From Ignavibacteriota bacterium (GTDB lineage: Bacteria > Bacteroidota > Ignavibacteria > Palsa-1295): 64,000 nucleotides of DNA. Below, one piece after another: positions 39,045-48,282 of the stretch (position 1 is the stretch's first letter; each line of letters opens with the position of its first letter). A model generated the notes under the pieces. It saw only the letters and a program-made list of their open reading frames with translations, had not been told where the DNA came from and did no database searches. The position numbers and the translations under genes are program-made. The DNA lies in NCBI GenBank assembly GCA_963787835.1, contig CAWBEI010000002.1:245486-309485 (forward strand), given 5' to 3'.

Positions 39045-40459
39045 CCGAATCGCGATCGCTTCCAACAGAACGACTGGAACCCCTTGAAGGCTGGGGTGGC
39101 GCTATCCATGGCGCGGGATATGTTTTTCGACCATCGACAACCCTCCAATTAAAGGAGGCGATTGCATCTGCAAAAACGGCCGGGCGAAACATAACCCTTC
39201 GCGGTGCGGGACGAAGCTACGGCGATGCTGCACTGGGCCGCGAAAATGTGGTGATCGATCTCACGCGCATGAACCGGATCCTTTCCTGGGATCCCACGAG
39301 TGGAATTATTACCTGTGAACCGGGCGTAACCATCAAGCAGCTATGGGAATACACGATCGAGGATGGCTGGTGGCCGCCCGTTGTGCCGGGAACGATGTTT
39401 CCCACGCTCGGCGGAGTGCTCGGAATGAACATTCACGGCAAGAATAATGCAAAAGCAGGGACGATCGGTGAGCATGTGCTGGCCTTCGATTTTCTTGCCC
39501 CCTCCGGCGAGGAACTTCATGTGGACCGTGAGGCCGATCCCGGACTTTTTCATTCCATCATCGGCAGTTTTGGAATGCTCGGGTGCTTCACTTCCATTTC
39601 GCTCAAACTGAAAAAGGTGTATTCGGGCGATCTCGATGTGAAGGTCTATATTGCTGATAACTTGCACGAGTTGTTCCGTATTTACGAGAATAATATCCCT
39701 GAATCCGATTACCTTGTTGGATGGATCGATGCGTTCGCGGGGGGCAAAGCATTAGGGCGGGCGATTGTGCATCAGGCAAATTATCTTGCGCAGGGTGTGG
39801 ACCCAACGCCTACGCAATCGCTCCGGCTGAATCATCAGAATTTACCGGATAGCATAATGGGACTCATTCCGAAATCTATTGTATGGATATTCATGAGACC
39901 GTTCACAAATAATTTCGGCGTCCGTTTTGTGAATTGGGCAAAATTCATCTCTTCGAAATTCAGCCCGAAGAAACAATTCCGGCAGGCGCATGCGGCGTTT
40001 GCATTTTTGCTCGATTATGTTCCCAACTGGAAGAAGTCCTATGGCAAAGGCGGACTTATCCAGTTTCAATCTTTTATTCCAAAGGAATCTGCGGAAGATG
40101 CCTTTCGTAAGCAGATCGAACTATGCCAGCGTGAGAATCTTGCTCCCTTTCTTGCCGTCTTCAAACGGCACCGTCCCGATAATTTCCTGATGACACATGC
40201 CGTCGATGGGTACTCGCTCGCACTCGATTTCAAAGTGACCGCAGCCAACCGTGTACGGCTTTGGGAACTTTCGGAGCAACTAAACGAGATCGTGCTCGCT
40301 GCTGGTGGAAGATTCTACATGGCAAAAGACCTCACACTGACACCCGAGGCATTCCGGCAGTATCTCGGCGAAGAAACGCTCGCCAAATTCAAAGCACTGA
40401 AAGCCCGCTTTGACCCCGAAGGATTATTGGAAACCGAGCTATCAAAACGGCTATTGTAG
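39041..40459 (+). CDS. DprE1-like FAD-dependent oxidoreductase
   Basis: ATG at 39041 overlaps the SDR stop as ATGA. Motifs are LEGWGG, RGAGRSYGDAAL, PGT..TLGG..GMNIHGKN and GGRFYMAKD, with an end ..DPEGLLETELSKRL. By recall these are colinear with decaprenylphosphoryl-ribose oxidase DprE1. Confidence 0.75.
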   Translation: MTESRSLPTERLEPLEGWGGAIHGAGYVFRPSTTLQLKEAIASAKTAGRNITLRGAGRSYGDAALGRENVVIDLTRMNRILSWDPTSGIITCEPGVTIKQLWEYTIEDGWWPPVVPGTMFPTLGGVLGMNIHGKNNAKAGTIGEHVLAFDFLAPSGEELHVDREADPGLFHSIIGSFGMLGCFTSISLKLKKVYSGDLDVKVYIADNLHELFRIYENNIPESDYLVGWIDAFAGGKALGRAIVHQANYLAQGVDPTPTQSLRLNHQNLPDSIMGLIPKSIVWIFMRPFTNNFGVRFVNWAKFISSKFSPKKQFRQAHAAFAFLLDYVPNWKKSYGKGGLIQFQSFIPKESAEDAFRKQIELCQRENLAPFLAVFKRHRPDNFLMTHAVDGYSLALDFKVTAANRVRLWELSEQLNEIVLAAGGRFYMAKDLTLTPEAFRQYLGEETLAKFKALKARFDPEGLLETELSKRLL

Positions 40460-40510
40460 CCAAACCAGGCATGTTTGCCACAAGAAGCCTATTTGGTTGA
40501 AAGTTTTTTT
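40460..40510 (+). terminator. possible intrinsic terminator after the DprE1-like gene
   Basis: An imperfect stem CCAAACCAGGC ... GCCTATTTGG is followed by TTGAAAGTTTTTTT. Confidence 0.3.
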
Positions 40511-40823
40511 GTAACCCAAGCAACCCTGCGCGTTTTAAAAGGATGTGGGCTTTATCTGCAAGAAAGCGTTATTTAGCCTGTGACTCTTTAAATGTTAACG
40601 TGTTAGGGTAATGATGTCGATCGGATCGCTGAGCCTGAAACGGGCACGGACTGCCGGTGAGCGACCAAGCGGGACTCGTCCCGTAATGGCCGTTGGCGGT
40701 CGCGTGGCTCAGAGTGGATCTCCGGCAACCTCTGTATTTCCTGCAACGAATGGCTCGAACATTCCCAGCCTTCGGCCTGCTTCGGATGCGATAGCCCCTC
40801 CTATCGACACACAAAAGATCAAC

Positions 40824-41453
40824 ATGGTCCGTCCGCCCAAAGAGGTGACCGATAATGAACTATTGGAGCGATTTCAGCGCGGCGATGAGGATGGATATGT
40901 AGAACTTTATCTGCGGCGTCAAGCGGAAGTTTATACCTTCGCGCTTCGGCTCGCCGGCGGCGACCGCGATCTTGCGAGCGATCTTTTTCAGGATACCTTT
41001 ATCAAGGTCTATCGAAAGGCACATACGTTCCGGCCCATCGTTTCGGAAGATGGGCAGTCAAGTACCAACGTGCTTGGCTGGTTGTACACCATTGTCCGCA
41101 CGACCTATTTGAATCACAAGCGGCGGCGCACGATGGTCGGCCTGGACGATACTGCGAACGAGATCCCCTCGACCGACCGAACCCTCGATCCGGAATTCCG
41201 CGAGGAGCAATCGACTTTGCGCGAGTGTGTCGAAGGTGCGATCATGAACCTGTCGCCTGAGATACGCGAACCGTTCATACTTCGCGAGTTCGATGGGCTT
41301 TCCTATCAGGAAATATCCGACGAATTGCATCTCACGCTCGGCGCTGTGCGCCAGCGTATCTACCGCGCAAAGCTTGCGATGCGCGAACAACTGTGGGACC
41401 TTGTTCACGATGATACCGGCGGCGATATTCAGCATTCAGCACTCAGCACTTAG
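40824..41453 (+). CDS. ECF-type RNA polymerase sigma-70 factor
   Basis: I chose ATG 40824 (MVRPPKEVTDNELLERFQRGD). Region 2 is DLFQDTFIKVYRKAHTF and the region 4 HTH is LSYQEISDELHLTLGAVRQRIYRAK. The 71-aa upstream extension of the listed ORF is Arg/Gly/Ser-rich and unlike sigma factors. Confidence 0.85.
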   Translation: MVRPPKEVTDNELLERFQRGDEDGYVELYLRRQAEVYTFALRLAGGDRDLASDLFQDTFIKVYRKAHTFRPIVSEDGQSSTNVLGWLYTIVRTTYLNHKRRRTMVGLDDTANEIPSTDRTLDPEFREEQSTLRECVEGAIMNLSPEIREPFILREFDGLSYQEISDELHLTLGAVRQRIYRAKLAMREQLWDLVHDDTGGDIQHSALST

Positions 41454-41462
41454 CATGTTGCT

Positions 41463-43019
41463 ATGGCAAACTTTGAAGAAAAAATATTAGGGTACCTCGA
41501 TGGCTCGCTCTCGGAAGCGGATCGTGAGGACGTGCTTGCCGGAATCTCCGGCGAACGCGCCAACACCCCCGAGCGCGCGCTCTTCGATGCGCACCTGCGT
41601 TTGCAGGAGCTGTACTCGGTCGTCCGAACACCGGTGAGCGCGCCACTTTCCGTCCAGCGCGAACTCGCTTCCCAGGTGCCGCTGCTTGCAATAAAACTTC
41701 CCTATCTTGCGCCTGCCGAACGACGCGACCGTGCTGCGGCTGGATGGCTCAGTTATATTCGTTCGTCGTGGGTCAATGTGTTCCTGATCTTCTCAAGTGT
41801 ATTGCTTTTAGGTGGGGTCTGGTATGCCGTCAATACAAATGCAAGTAATGGAACTCCTTCATCCGTTACAAATCCAATTACAATAGGATCGTTCGGTGGA
41901 GGATTGTCGGGAGCCGCTTCTAATAGCGCTCCGCAGAACATCTCCCCTGCAAATATTGCTACTTCCAGTAGCACAGCATCCGGCTCAAGTACGAGAGGAA
42001 CTGTTGTGACACATCCCATCGGTTCGTCGATCGCAAGCACCGTCTCGAACAGCTCCCCATCATCACGATCTAAATTAGATAGAATGGATGGGTCGTATTC
42101 CAATTGGGTGTCATCCCGATCCACAAGTGCTCACCGGTCTGGAAGCGCCGATCGTCTATCGAACGCTCGCTATATGATGCGAACTCGCCAAAATGCTTCC
42201 GCGAACAAAACCCCTGCATCGACAGAGAGTATCCCGCAAACAGCAACTCCACCCTCGCAAGCAAATGCCCCAGCAGGAGTGAATGCACCCACTACACCTG
42301 AGGAACCACCGGCTCTGCCTCCGCTAACGCTTCATTCGATCGATGTGCAAGAAAAAGCGATAGGATTCGACCCTCAACATGCCATGCCGATCGGCTCAGA
42401 ATTGCAAGATAATTCCTCAAGCTTTGAGCCACTGCATGTGTATGCTTCGGGCGGCTCGCGGTATTTGATCCCTTTATCGAAAATTACTTCGCATGTGATC
42501 GAAGCGAAACAAGGAGTTACTGGCAATACTATGGTTCCTTCCTCTGAAGTAGGTGCTGAATATGAATTTACTCCATGGACTTCCGCAGGTGTACACATCG
42601 GATGGACGAATTTTGCACAATATCAGTCGATCGCATATACAGGTTCCGCTTCAGCCTTACCGAAGGAAGTCCTGGATGTTGATGTGGTAGCAGTTCCGGC
42701 GGTTTGGTCTGCACTGGCGGTGACACAAACATTTAACCCGCAGGACAGGGCACGATATTCTCTTTCACTTGCCGGAGGCCCTGCATTCACGCAGCCGATG
42801 GGATGGCTTGGCATGATCGAAGCAAATCTAACCTACGATCTTAGCTCAACGCTAATGTTTCGTGGAGGTGTATCCTACGATATTGCACAACTGAAGCAAT
42901 CCACTCAAAGCCCGAATGTTTCTTCCAATTCCACCACCGGAATTATTGTGGCATCGAATGGCGGCACGCTTCTCTCGAATGCATTTGGCGTCACACTCGG
43001 CATTACTTTTCGCCCCTAA
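41463..43019 (+). CDS. putative anti-sigma factor with one TM helix, Ser/Thr/Pro-rich linker and OMP-barrel-like C-terminal domain
   Basis: Starts 9 nt after the sigma gene. The N-terminus ILGYLDGSLSEADREDV is anti-sigma-like but has no Cys/His zinc motif. The TM helix is WVNVFLIFSSVLLLGGVWYAV. About 170 aa of low-complexity S/T/P/A follow. The C-terminal ~180 aa show alternating-polarity strands and end ..GVTLGITFRP. Confidence 0.55.
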   Translation: MANFEEKILGYLDGSLSEADREDVLAGISGERANTPERALFDAHLRLQELYSVVRTPVSAPLSVQRELASQVPLLAIKLPYLAPAERRDRAAAGWLSYIRSSWVNVFLIFSSVLLLGGVWYAVNTNASNGTPSSVTNPITIGSFGGGLSGAASNSAPQNISPANIATSSSTASGSSTRGTVVTHPIGSSIASTVSNSSPSSRSKLDRMDGSYSNWVSSRSTSAHRSGSADRLSNARYMMRTRQNASANKTPASTESIPQTATPPSQANAPAGVNAPTTPEEPPALPPLTLHSIDVQEKAIGFDPQHAMPIGSELQDNSSSFEPLHVYASGGSRYLIPLSKITSHVIEAKQGVTGNTMVPSSEVGAEYEFTPWTSAGVHIGWTNFAQYQSIAYTGSASALPKEVLDVDVVAVPAVWSALAVTQTFNPQDRARYSLSLAGGPAFTQPMGWLGMIEANLTYDLSSTLMFRGGVSYDIAQLKQSTQSPNVSSNSTTGIIVASNGGTLLSNAFGVTLGITFRP

Positions 43020-43022
43020 TTT

Positions 43023-44606
43023 ATGCGTGGACTGATCATCATCGGCTGCACAGCCCTCGCGGCTGTGTTCGCGAGTTGTGCACAGCAGGTCTCGCCCATT
43101 ATTTCGCAGCAGCCGGTTGGGAACATTACAAGCTACTTTTGGTGGAACAGTGAAGCGCCCATGCCATTCGAGGATACGTCCACCCATCTTCCTCTCACGC
43201 TTAGCTTCGCAAACAATGCTCAGGGAATGCTTGCTGTCAGTGTGTTTCCCCCGCTGTTCTCTCCGATCGATTGTATCGTGAACGAAGACAGCGTCTATGC
43301 TACCGGGTTCTCTCATGGCTCAACCATCGATCTCGCTCCCGGTTCCTACTTCAGCTCAGATGATACGGAAGTACTCGTTTCCCAGCCGCCTAATGCAGTC
43401 GTAACGACAGATGGTAGTCATCAGGTGATCGTTGCTACCGATTCAGGAGTTTATTTCTCTTCTGGAGGTGCAGCGTTCCAATTGGGAGGTCTCTATGGAG
43501 AAAACATCACTGCCCTTACCTTGAACTCGAAGTCATCACTGAACGTTTTTGCGGGAACTTCTACCGGAAAAATTTATCGCACAACTGCACCGCTCAGTAC
43601 AAGTTCAACGTGGGCTCTTTATCCCTATTCACTACCGGTCAATGGAGCTATCGGGCAATTGTTATATCTTTCCGGCGATAGCATCGCCACAATAGTCTCC
43701 GGACAACCTGGAATTTATATTTCAACGCTCGGCCCCTGGACCCAACCTACCTATTTATCGGGCAGCAAAGTAAGGGCTCTCGGGAAATTCTCAGTATCAG
43801 TTACCAGTTACCTTCTTGCTGCAACAACCGATGGATACATCGGTGCACATTCTCTGAATAGCTTTGGAACCGATGTTACACCCATGAATATGACCGCTGC
43901 GGGAAATATCTATTGCTTTAGCGCGTCTCCATATCAAACTGTTGCCGGAACCGATGGCGGTGTGTATCAATGGTCGGGGCCTTCTTCGAATACGTGGACT
44001 CCTGTGCAGAAACTCGCCAACTATAAACCGGTAACCTCGCTCGCTCTTGATGCCGATACTCTTATCTTCGTTTCAAAAGGAATTATCGATACAGCCGAAC
44101 TTGGCACGAATGGAACATCAGGGGGACCGAGGCTGCCGATCGACAAGGACTCCGCTGTACAAGTTGGATGGACTTCATCCCTTCCCTGGGCGATCACAAC
44201 AAAAGGCTATGAGGCATCCACTACTCCTGGGAGTTCCCTCGCGCTCATTCCCGGGTTACCCATTGGATTTTGCCCTGACGATACCGGCGGACTTCTTTTG
44301 CTTCGCAGCAACCTTTTTGCGAATGATTCTTCCTGGCGCGCCGGTACGCTCGTAACGGTCACCGATTCCTCCTACCCGATCACGGCACATGTGTTAGCGC
44401 ATCTCGATAGCCTTCATATCTCCGGAATTGCAAAGTCCTTTCCAGATGTTATAATGGTGCGCTACTCCTACGAGGTACCGGGCGAAAAACCGGCAAGTTT
44501 TCTTCCGTATTGGATCGTTTATTATGCGAAGAACGAGGGTCCGGTCATGTTCGACAATTTCCTTGCAACGGGCAGCCTCTATGAACGGTGGAGTATCCAG
44601 CCGTAA
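43023..44606 (+). CDS. hypothetical lipoprotein, probable beta-propeller
   Basis: The lipobox is AAVFASC followed by AQQ. Blade-like motifs recur: ATDSGVYFSS, AGTSTGKIYRT, AATTDGYIGAH, AGTDGGVYQWS. Confidence 0.55.
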   Translation: MRGLIIIGCTALAAVFASCAQQVSPIISQQPVGNITSYFWWNSEAPMPFEDTSTHLPLTLSFANNAQGMLAVSVFPPLFSPIDCIVNEDSVYATGFSHGSTIDLAPGSYFSSDDTEVLVSQPPNAVVTTDGSHQVIVATDSGVYFSSGGAAFQLGGLYGENITALTLNSKSSLNVFAGTSTGKIYRTTAPLSTSSTWALYPYSLPVNGAIGQLLYLSGDSIATIVSGQPGIYISTLGPWTQPTYLSGSKVRALGKFSVSVTSYLLAATTDGYIGAHSLNSFGTDVTPMNMTAAGNIYCFSASPYQTVAGTDGGVYQWSGPSSNTWTPVQKLANYKPVTSLALDADTLIFVSKGIIDTAELGTNGTSGGPRLPIDKDSAVQVGWTSSLPWAITTKGYEASTTPGSSLALIPGLPIGFCPDDTGGLLLLRSNLFANDSSWRAGTLVTVTDSSYPITAHVLAHLDSLHISGIAKSFPDVIMVRYSYEVPGEKPASFLPYWIVYYAKNEGPVMFDNFLATGSLYERWSIQP

Positions 44607-44658
44607 GGTCAAATCTGATTTTGTGTGCAAGCTGATTTTTTTTCGTATATTTACATAT

Positions 44659-47274
44659 ATGCGTTCCGTCTCTCTGAGGTCGTTGGTCATATTTCTTCTG
44701 TTTTTTTTCGTTGCGGACACTTCCTGCATCGTTGGTGATGCGTGTGCGCAATGGAATAACGTTACACCAAACTTATTAAAAGGAGCCGACACCGTTAGCG
44801 CCATGCAATTCCGAGATGGGATCGTCTGGGTCGGCAGTTCGAGCCTTTATTCGTCTCCAGATTCTGGAAAAACGTGGTTGCCATGCGTAGCTTTCCCTAC
44901 GTCTCACATTTCGGATATTTCCTTCTACGATAGGCTCCGTGGGCTTGTTGCTACGCTGGATATGGGTTTTTTTATCACGACTGACGGTGGGCTCCATTGG
45001 TCGCAGGAATTCCAAAAGATCAACAGTAGCTTTGTAAAGGTGGGCTATGGCGGATCGGCAACCATCCTGCTCGCGCTCACGATCGATGGGCAATTCTATG
45101 AAAGCTCAGATGGTGGATCGAATTGGAATCCTTCAATCACGGCAGCAAATGGTGTCGTCAACTCCTTTGCCGTTGCATCTGATGGCACCATATACTCCAA
45201 CAACTCGCAAAGTGTTTGGGGATCTGTTTCAGTCTCCAGCGATACGGGCCAAACATGGAATCCAAAAGGTGGAACCTATAATAACGATTGCTGGTCCATT
45301 TCTGCAGATTCCTGCGATCCAAACCGGCTCTATCTTGCAAATGAGGAATGGCAGGAAACCGGTAGCAACTCGAATTTTTATCTGAGTACCGATGGCGGGC
45401 AAAGCTGGCAAAGCACCGATTCCCATCCGGCGCCGTATCTTTCGGGTGCGATGAGCACCACGACCGATGGAATCTTTCTCGGCACTCGCGATGGCAGTGG
45501 AATTCACCGATCGATGGATCGAGGATTGACATGGAAAAATATCGGCGGACCGAATATCAGCCCCGATACACGAGATCTTGCTACGATAACCGATAATATC
45601 CTACTTGCGGCAGATTCCGCCGGGAACATTTGGCTCACCACGAATGGCGGTGGCGATTCCGTTCAAAGCCAGCCTGCCGGTACGCTTACGCTTTCACCCA
45701 ACCAACTTTTCAGCACCGATACACTTGCCTGCGTACCCATTCAGCGAGCCATCTCGATCGTGCGCGTTGGCTGCCCGGCGCCACGCTTTGATACTGCCGT
45801 TATCGTTGGAGTAGATTCAGCCAATTATACAATAGATTATTCGGTCGGTGCTGATTCTATCTATGTTACGTTCCTGCCACAAAAGCCCGGTGCAAATAAT
45901 GCCGTGCTACGTGCCCAACTTAACGATGGCACCATCAAAACCGTACAACTTTTTGGCTTTGTCGATACGAGTGTTGGAACGCTTTCAATGACGCCGAATT
46001 CTCTCTTTACTTCGGACACGCTTCGCTGCGATTCCTTGATCGGTTCGGTGCATCTATCACTGAACGGCTGTCGGCCACCGCAACTTTCTCATATTGGTAT
46101 CGCGGGGCCGGACATGGGCAGCTATCGAATTGTCGATAGCACCAGCGACTCCATCTCTGTGCTCTGGACGTCCCAAAAGCCGGGAGCGCAGCAAGCCTGG
46201 CTTGTCGGAACCTTAAATAACGGCCAGCGGGACAGCGTTAGCCTCAATGGGTTTAGCGCAACAATTCCACTTACCTACTCGATCACGCCATCCAGCCTTT
46301 TTAACTCGGACAGCATTTATTTCGCTTGCCAGTCTGCCACGCCCTCGAAAATAATGTTGTATGACACCGCATGCATCTGGCCCGATGTGACATCTGAACA
46401 GATCGTTGGTGCCGATTCCGAAGATTACATTATTTCTAATCCGATCGCTTCGCCGGTCGCAGGATTCGATTCGGTCACTATTTTATTTCAACCAACGGCT
46501 CCCGGGCTTCGATCGGCCACATATCAGCTTACACTTAACGATGGCACCGTCATCAACGTACCCCTTTCGGGAGTCGGACTTGCCGAACACGCCCTCACAG
46601 TCTCGGCAGGATCCGCAACCATATACGCAGATACCATTGGAGATAGTGTTGCAGTTCCGATCACGATCAATGGCCTTGCACACTCGGAAACGGTAGAGAT
46701 GGTGCTTCATTATCCGCTTCCCGATCTTGTCTATCGTGGTTCATTCGATGCATCGGGAACGAACGTCGATGTGGCAGGCCAACAATGGCCGGGACGCTCT
46801 TTACTCCGAATTCCGAACGCACAACCCGGCGTAGTCGCCGCGTATGCGCGATTCACTGTATTCAGCGATACGAATTATGAGCCACTTATTTCGTTCGACT
46901 CCATGACAGTGCCGACAGCAGCGGTAGCATGTGAGTACTCTCTCCCACCTGCAGTCACAACAACTATCATTCCATTGGAAGGCTGTGGGGTCCCAACTCT
47001 ATCTCGTCTTATCCATTTCGGAGAGCTCCCGGAGTTTAGCATTCAGCCCAACCCAACGTCCAGTGGCATGATAGAATTGTCTTCATCGCTGGACTTAGGC
47101 GATGTCTCGATCGAAGTGTATGACATGCTCGGCTCCAAACGAGAAGGTATTGCTGCAACCTTACTGAAGAATGCTCCAACTACTCTTTCCCTCCCATTTG
47201 AAAGTGGAATCTATCTATTGCATATCACAACAGCAGATAACGTATCGAATCTTCGGGTTCTGATCCAGAAATAG
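44659..47274 (+). CDS. BNR/Sortilin-type propeller protein with Ig-like repeats and T9SS C-terminal sorting domain
   Basis: ATG at 44659 gives MRSVSLRSLVIFLLFFFV..DACA followed by QW. It has six SxDxGxTW-type BNR motifs (SPDSGKTW, TTDGGLHW, SSDGGSNW, SSDTGQTW, STDGGQSW, SMDRGLTW). The C-terminus is FSIQPNPTSSGMIEL..IEVYDMLGS..GIYLLHI..LRVLIQK. Confidence 0.8.
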   Translation: MRSVSLRSLVIFLLFFFVADTSCIVGDACAQWNNVTPNLLKGADTVSAMQFRDGIVWVGSSSLYSSPDSGKTWLPCVAFPTSHISDISFYDRLRGLVATLDMGFFITTDGGLHWSQEFQKINSSFVKVGYGGSATILLALTIDGQFYESSDGGSNWNPSITAANGVVNSFAVASDGTIYSNNSQSVWGSVSVSSDTGQTWNPKGGTYNNDCWSISADSCDPNRLYLANEEWQETGSNSNFYLSTDGGQSWQSTDSHPAPYLSGAMSTTTDGIFLGTRDGSGIHRSMDRGLTWKNIGGPNISPDTRDLATITDNILLAADSAGNIWLTTNGGGDSVQSQPAGTLTLSPNQLFSTDTLACVPIQRAISIVRVGCPAPRFDTAVIVGVDSANYTIDYSVGADSIYVTFLPQKPGANNAVLRAQLNDGTIKTVQLFGFVDTSVGTLSMTPNSLFTSDTLRCDSLIGSVHLSLNGCRPPQLSHIGIAGPDMGSYRIVDSTSDSISVLWTSQKPGAQQAWLVGTLNNGQRDSVSLNGFSATIPLTYSITPSSLFNSDSIYFACQSATPSKIMLYDTACIWPDVTSEQIVGADSEDYIISNPIASPVAGFDSVTILFQPTAPGLRSATYQLTLNDGTVINVPLSGVGLAEHALTVSAGSATIYADTIGDSVAVPITINGLAHSETVEMVLHYPLPDLVYRGSFDASGTNVDVAGQQWPGRSLLRIPNAQPGVVAAYARFTVFSDTNYEPLISFDSMTVPTAAVACEYSLPPAVTTTIIPLEGCGVPTLSRLIHFGELPEFSIQPNPTSSGMIELSSSLDLGDVSIEVYDMLGSKREGIAATLLKNAPTTLSLPFESGIYLLHITTADNVSNLRVLIQK

Positions 47275-47286
47275 GATGCTCGGGTC

Positions 47287-48282
47287 TCACACCAAGCTCA
47301 TAATCTTCCCCAGCACGTCGCTGACACTAATTCCCTCCATACATTCGTGGGTATAAACGGGACACTCCTTGCTTCCGTGTGGCGTGCATGGCCGGCACCA
47401 TAATCTGGGCAACTCGATCACTTCAGCAATTGGCGCAGGAGGCACAAAACCAAATGCGGGACTTGTTGGACCAAAGATAGCGAGAACTCTTGTGCCTATT
47501 GCTACTGCGGCATGAACAGGCGCACTATCGTTTGCTACCAGCAACGTTGCAGCTTGAATGGCGGCCATCGACACAAGAAAGCTCGCTCGACCGGCGAGAT
47601 CGAGCACCGTATTTTCAGCATTCGCATCTCGGATATTCATGGCCAGCGCGCGTTCCTCCTCGCCGCCAATGACGATCACACCTATTCCACGATCTGTCAA
47701 TGCCTTTGCAAGCTCAAAGAATTTTTTATTGCCCCATTTTTTCGTTTCCCATGCACTGCCGGGAGCAAGTGCAACGATTTTCTTCCATCGAGAAAGGAAT
47801 GGCACTAATAGTGGCGCTGCCGGTGGAGCAATGCGTGGGAGGGATTGAATATCTGCGCCTGGAACGATAGCCCGAAGCAGAAGAATAGATCGTTCATAAC
47901 GATCGGACCAGCCTTCATCAGACACGGAGTGTGTCAACCCGGCATGCGCCATCGCTTGGAATCCGATCTTTACGTTGCACCCAATACGAGCAGCTACCGC
48001 TTGCGACCGGCGAGAAGCATGTAAAAGAAAAAGCGTATCGAACCCATATTGATTGAGTTCGTCAGCTTTCGCATTAATGCCGGCGATGCCGCGCTCGGAA
48101 CCATATTTGTCGAAAGTGATAACCTGATCGACATCCGGCGAACTTGCGACCACGTCCTCAATTCCTGGTCGGACCAAATAGGTGACACGCGCAGAAGATT
48201 CTTGCCGCTTTACCTCACGAGCAAGCCCCAGCGATATGATCGCGTCACCGAGGAAAGCGGTTTCTATGATAAGCGCATTCAT
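47287..48282 (-). CDS. glycosyltransferase family 9 (LPS heptosyltransferase-like)
   Basis: The N-terminus is IIETAFLGDAIISLGLA. Motifs ALAPGSAWETKKW and NDSAPVHAAVAIGT are typical of the RfaF/RfaC family. Confidence 0.8.
   Translation of the reverse strand: MNALIIETAFLGDAIISLGLAREVKRQESSARVTYLVRPGIEDVVASSPDVDQVITFDKYGSERGIAGINAKADELNQYGFDTLFLLHASRRSQAVAARIGCNVKIGFQAMAHAGLTHSVSDEGWSDRYERSILLLRAIVPGADIQSLPRIAPPAAPLLVPFLSRWKKIVALAPGSAWETKKWGNKKFFELAKALTDRGIGVIVIGGEEERALAMNIRDANAENTVLDLAGRASFLVSMAAIQAATLLVANDSAPVHAAVAIGTRVLAIFGPTSPAFGFVPPAPIAEVIELPRLWCRPCTPHGSKECPVYTHECMEGISVSDVLGKIMSLV

Noticed and set aside
40611-40823. N-terminal 71-aa extension of the ECF sigma factor ORF, and a tRNA-like string gcgtggctcagagtgg (about 40702-40717) within it
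   Set aside because: The extension is Arg/Gly/Ser/Pro-rich and has no sigma-factor counterpart, while ATG 40824 gives a canonical ECF length. The tRNA-like string has no matching acceptor stem, anticodon arm or GTTCGAATC-type T-loop nearby.
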